Program-made: the position numbers and the translations under genes
Notes under the pieces: generated by a model
Databases searched by the model: none
Told to the model about the DNA's origin: nothing
The model's input: the letters and a program-made list of their open reading frames with translations, nothing else
Shown here: positions 59,856 through 64,000 of the stretch, in pieces
Layout of the letters: each line of letters begins with the position of its first letter
How positions within the stretch are numbered: the first letter of the stretch is position 1
DNA from: Eledone cirrhosa
Taxonomy: Eukaryota
DNA: 64,000 nucleotides
Reading direction: 5' to 3'
NCBI GenBank assembly: GCA_964016885.1
Contig: CAXHJY010000689.1
Location: 1 to 64,000, forward strand

Positions 59856-60310
<455 letters not shown>

Positions 60311-60382
60311 ATATATATCGCTATTTCAGAGCACCAATTCTAATATATATATATTAGTGTTATTATTATTATTGCGAATTAT

Positions 60383-60507
60383 TATTATTATAGAAATAAA
60401 TTCTACATGACTAGAACTGCTTCATTCTTACGAAAAATCAAGATTTTTCTGATTATTTCTTACGAATGAAACAGATCTAGTCTTGTAGAAGTCATTTCTA
60501 TAATAAT
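60383..60507. repeat. Inverted pair of degenerate hammerheads (family of 35035/59856)
   Basis: Plus strand CTGATTA..GAATGAAACAGATCTAGTCTTGTAGAAG, with a mirror copy on the minus strand at 60390-60435. Confidence 0.65.
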
Positions 60508-60625
60508 TGTTTCTACTTTTGGCACAAGGCCAGCAATTACCCCAGTGCATTACTGGTACTTTATTTTATCGACCCCGTAAAGATGAAAGGCAAAGTTAAC
60601 CTCGGCGGGATTTGAACTCAGAACG
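60503..60625 (-). mobile_element. SINE family 1, 5'-truncated (similar partial copies at 27748-27858, 33560-33750 and 51368-51465)
   Basis: Core and tail present. Confidence 0.85.
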
Positions 60626-61874
60626 TATATGTATAAACTCTACTAACTTATTGAGTACCTTTTTATATATGTTTGCTTCACGATTTACATTGGGGTTCTA
60701 CACACACACACACAGGTGTGTGTGTATGTATGTATTTGTTGTGGAACTAACCCTCTCTCACTCAGACTCTCGCTCAAATACATACATACACACACATGTG
60801 TATACATGTGTGTGTACGTGTGCATACTTAAATTTATATATATATATATATATATATATAACGAAGCGAAAGAATTTCAAAATCTATAAAATAACTAGCA
60901 AAATTACTTTACCATATTAATCAGATGTTTTTGTAGTTTCAATTTATTATAGTGTGTCCATTTTAATTATTCTATGTAAAATCCGATATTATTACTATCG
61001 AAAGGTGTCAAGTTGTTAAATATTAATATTACTTTAGCTTAAACTGTTGCTAATTAGAGGTTATTTAGCTCGTTTAGTTGAAGATTAAAATAAAACAATA
61101 CTTCTGGTTAATTAATCAAAGCTTTATTTGAAATACTGAAGCAGTAATATTTGAGGAATGGAATTTACGTGTTATTTTAAGTGTGGTGATAGAATTCTTT
61201 AAGAAATTATCACGTTACCTCGGTTTCCATCCTCGATTGAGACACTTTGACGTTTTTTTTTTGTTTTTTTTTCAAGATTTTCCACTAGCTAATATTCTTA
61301 GAAATAAACTTCTAATTGCAATCCAAATATTCATTATGCAACTTTAACTACGGACTAGTTGGAAAGTTTAAGGAAAGAATCGCAAGATTGATTTTACAAA
61401 CTTCTATGACATCGAGAGGCAGACCACAAGCAAGATGGCTGGATAACATGCATAAGCTCGGTTGGTATTGCTTGTGGATCCATCCACATCATTTGGAAAA
61501 GGTTGCTTCTGATATGCCCCTGATGAAGGCGTGTTTGAGTTTACTGTCGCCACGACCCTCTCAGGAATATGTGGGCGTAAAAAAAACTTCAAGTCTACTG
61601 AGTCTCAGGAGACAGATTCTTTCGTTAAAAATTTATATTTTCGGAGCTACAACTTATTTCTTGTATATTTCTGTTTAATATTTCACTTCATCTGTGTGAC
61701 GCAGCATGGCTGAATGATCTTGAAATAAATAAAGTAATATACAGTCGAAAGAAAAACGTACTCAATACATGTTTCCTAGTTCATATTTATTATGAATCCG
61801 TTGATGACCCACTCCGTCGCTACCTATAATTGCGCCTGCTTTGGTAATTGTAGTTGATCCAATTTACCTGTCTA

Positions 61875-62150
61875 AAAGTCTGTCTTAAGCCAGAAGGCTC
61901 ATTTGGCCGGTGCTTATGCCGGTTTCATGGCGTGAAGCGACTGAGAGTACAAGACTCCCCCCTGGACAGGACGCCAGTCCATCGCGAGGTTAAACCTCCA
62001 GCTATTACTGGTACTCATTTTCAGCTGAGTATACTGGAGCAACGTGAAATGAAGTGTTTTGCTCAAGAACACAACACGCAACCCAGGAATCGAGCCCACG
62101 ATATTATGATCGTTAAGTCCAACACCCTTACCACTAGGCCACGTGCCTCC
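61875..62150 (-). mobile_element. SINE family 2
   Basis: Minus-strand head GTGGCCTAGTGGTAAGGGTGTTGGAC...GGCTCGATTCC and body as at 33835. Confidence 0.88.
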
Positions 62151-62199
62151 ACTTGTTTACCTGTACAGGCAATATTTATTAGGATGCTGTTGAAGTATG

Positions 62200-62428
<229 letters not shown>

Positions 62429-62477
62429 TATTATAGAATACTGTTGGCTTCTTGCTACAATAATTTCTATACTTTTC

Positions 62478-62540
<63 letters not shown>

Positions 62541-63059
62541 GTTTTACTAGTTTCCGTAACGTAAGACATTTCCTACTATATTAAACTTGAAGCTGATATA
62601 TATCTTTTTGTAATTCATCGTCTGTTATGCTTTTTCTGTTAACTTTTCGGATATATATCTGTGTGTGCGTGTTAAACCTCCATCTACTGCTAGTACACAC
62701 TTTCAGCATATATAATGGAGCAAGGGGGAATGAAGTATTTTGCTCAAGAACACAACACACAACCTGTTCAGAAAGATAGCTAATCACAATATTGTAGTTT
62801 TTCTGGTTGAGTTGTTATGTGTTGTCTCTGAGCTAATGGTAATTGTGATGGCTGAATACTGTGCCTAGTGGTATTGTGATATAGTGTTGAGGATAGTTCT
62901 GCTGGTGGTGGTGGTGGTGCAGGCTTTAGTGACGTTATCTATGTGTTATCTGTGATAGAGCTGATATTGGTATGGCCTGTGAGTTCTCTTTGTAATGGTG
63001 TTGGAAGTGTCGTTGACTACCAGTGCAGTCTAAAGTGGTATTAATGCTGTTTGCTGTGT

Positions 63060-63355
63060 GCAGTGTAAAGTGGTGTTAATGGTGTTTGTTGTGTACTGCT
63101 GATGGTGTCAGCTGAATGTATTGTATGTTGTGATGTTGATGATGTTAGCTGAATGTATTGTATGTTGTGATGCTGGTGGTGTTGGCTGCGTGTACTCTAT
63201 GTTGTGATGTTGATTATGTTGGTTATGTGTACTTTACGTTGTGATGCTGATGGTGTTGGCTAAATTTATTGTGTTGTGATGCTGATAGTGTTGGTTATGT
63301 GTACTCTATGTTGTGATGCTGATGGTGTTGGCTATGTGTACTGGCTGTTGTGATG
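63060..63355. repeat. Degenerate ~37-bp minisatellite (GTTGTGATGCTGATGGTGTTGGCTATGTGTACTCTAT-like)
   Basis: Direct reading. Confidence 0.8.
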
Positions 63356-64000
63356 GCTGCAGTAATGCTGGCGAAGCTTTAATGATGTGAGAATTGGCAT
63401 TGCTGACGGAAAAGAACTGAAGGGAGAAACAGTTGATGTATGAATATAGTAATTAGAGAGGGGTGTTGTGTTATGTGTGGGGACGATGTCGATGAAGCAT
63501 GTTAATATTATCACTGGTCTCATAGTGAGGTGGTGGCTCTGGTGATGATGAGGTGTGATGGTTATGAATGTAGTTATGAATAATTGGCAATGATTGTCTT
63601 TGTGTAACCTCAGGTCGGCCATGAGCTAGTAGTTCTAGATGTGGCCAAAACATTTTTCTAAATTTTAGACGTACTATATTTAGGACTGTATTATCCAATG
63701 TGTCCTTTCATATAGGGTATGATGTGAAGGGGATTTGTCTACTGTGCTGGTTGTGTTGTTATTCTTGTTTTTATGTCTTTCTACTTTGAAGATAGTAATT
63801 TAATTTGAAGGGAATTAATTCCATTGCTAGTTCCAGCTAGTTGAACGACTACATAGTGGATCTATCGTTGGCTAATAGTCGTAGTGTTACTCTTGTTGAT
63901 GTTGTTCTTTTGCCCCAACGTCAGCCTTAATTGAGATGACCTATGATCAAATCATTCCAGCCATGACCACACTGTCTTTTTAGATGAGGTTCTTCGGACT

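Noticed and set aside
61510-61570. Hammerhead at CTGATGAAGGC
   Set aside because: No GAAA or stem III at a suitable position.

Overview
AT-rich, repeat-dominated eukaryotic DNA, most likely an invertebrate. The SINE families and very long (TA)n arrays suggest Octopus or another cephalopod; this is inference and was not searched. Almost all ORFs in the supplied track are artefacts of microsatellites. The real content is: (1) the 5' end of an RTE-clade LINE with an open APE endonuclease frame running off the left edge, plus a related non-autonomous element made of an RTE 5' UTR joined to an RTE 3' end; (2) two 5'-truncated Penelope-like elements (PLEs) with open GIY-YIG frames and inverted pseudo-LTRs, plus decayed PLE copies; (3) about a dozen type I hammerhead ribozyme motifs, mostly in short fold-back islands embedded in (TA)n arrays; (4) three CRE-type non-LTR retrotransposon 3' fragments; (5) a Helitron 3' end, hAT and Tc1/mariner MITEs, many tRNA-derived SINEs and several minisatellites; (6) one probable host-gene exon encoding a mariner-derived HTH fused to non-transposase sequence. 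The most striking signal is a diverse set of hammerhead-bearing, fold-back retroelement ends sitting in (TA)n, several with a recurrent U-U at the base of stem II and a shared GTATTGAGTAC tail motif. Coordinates were read by eye; repeat boundaries are approximate.
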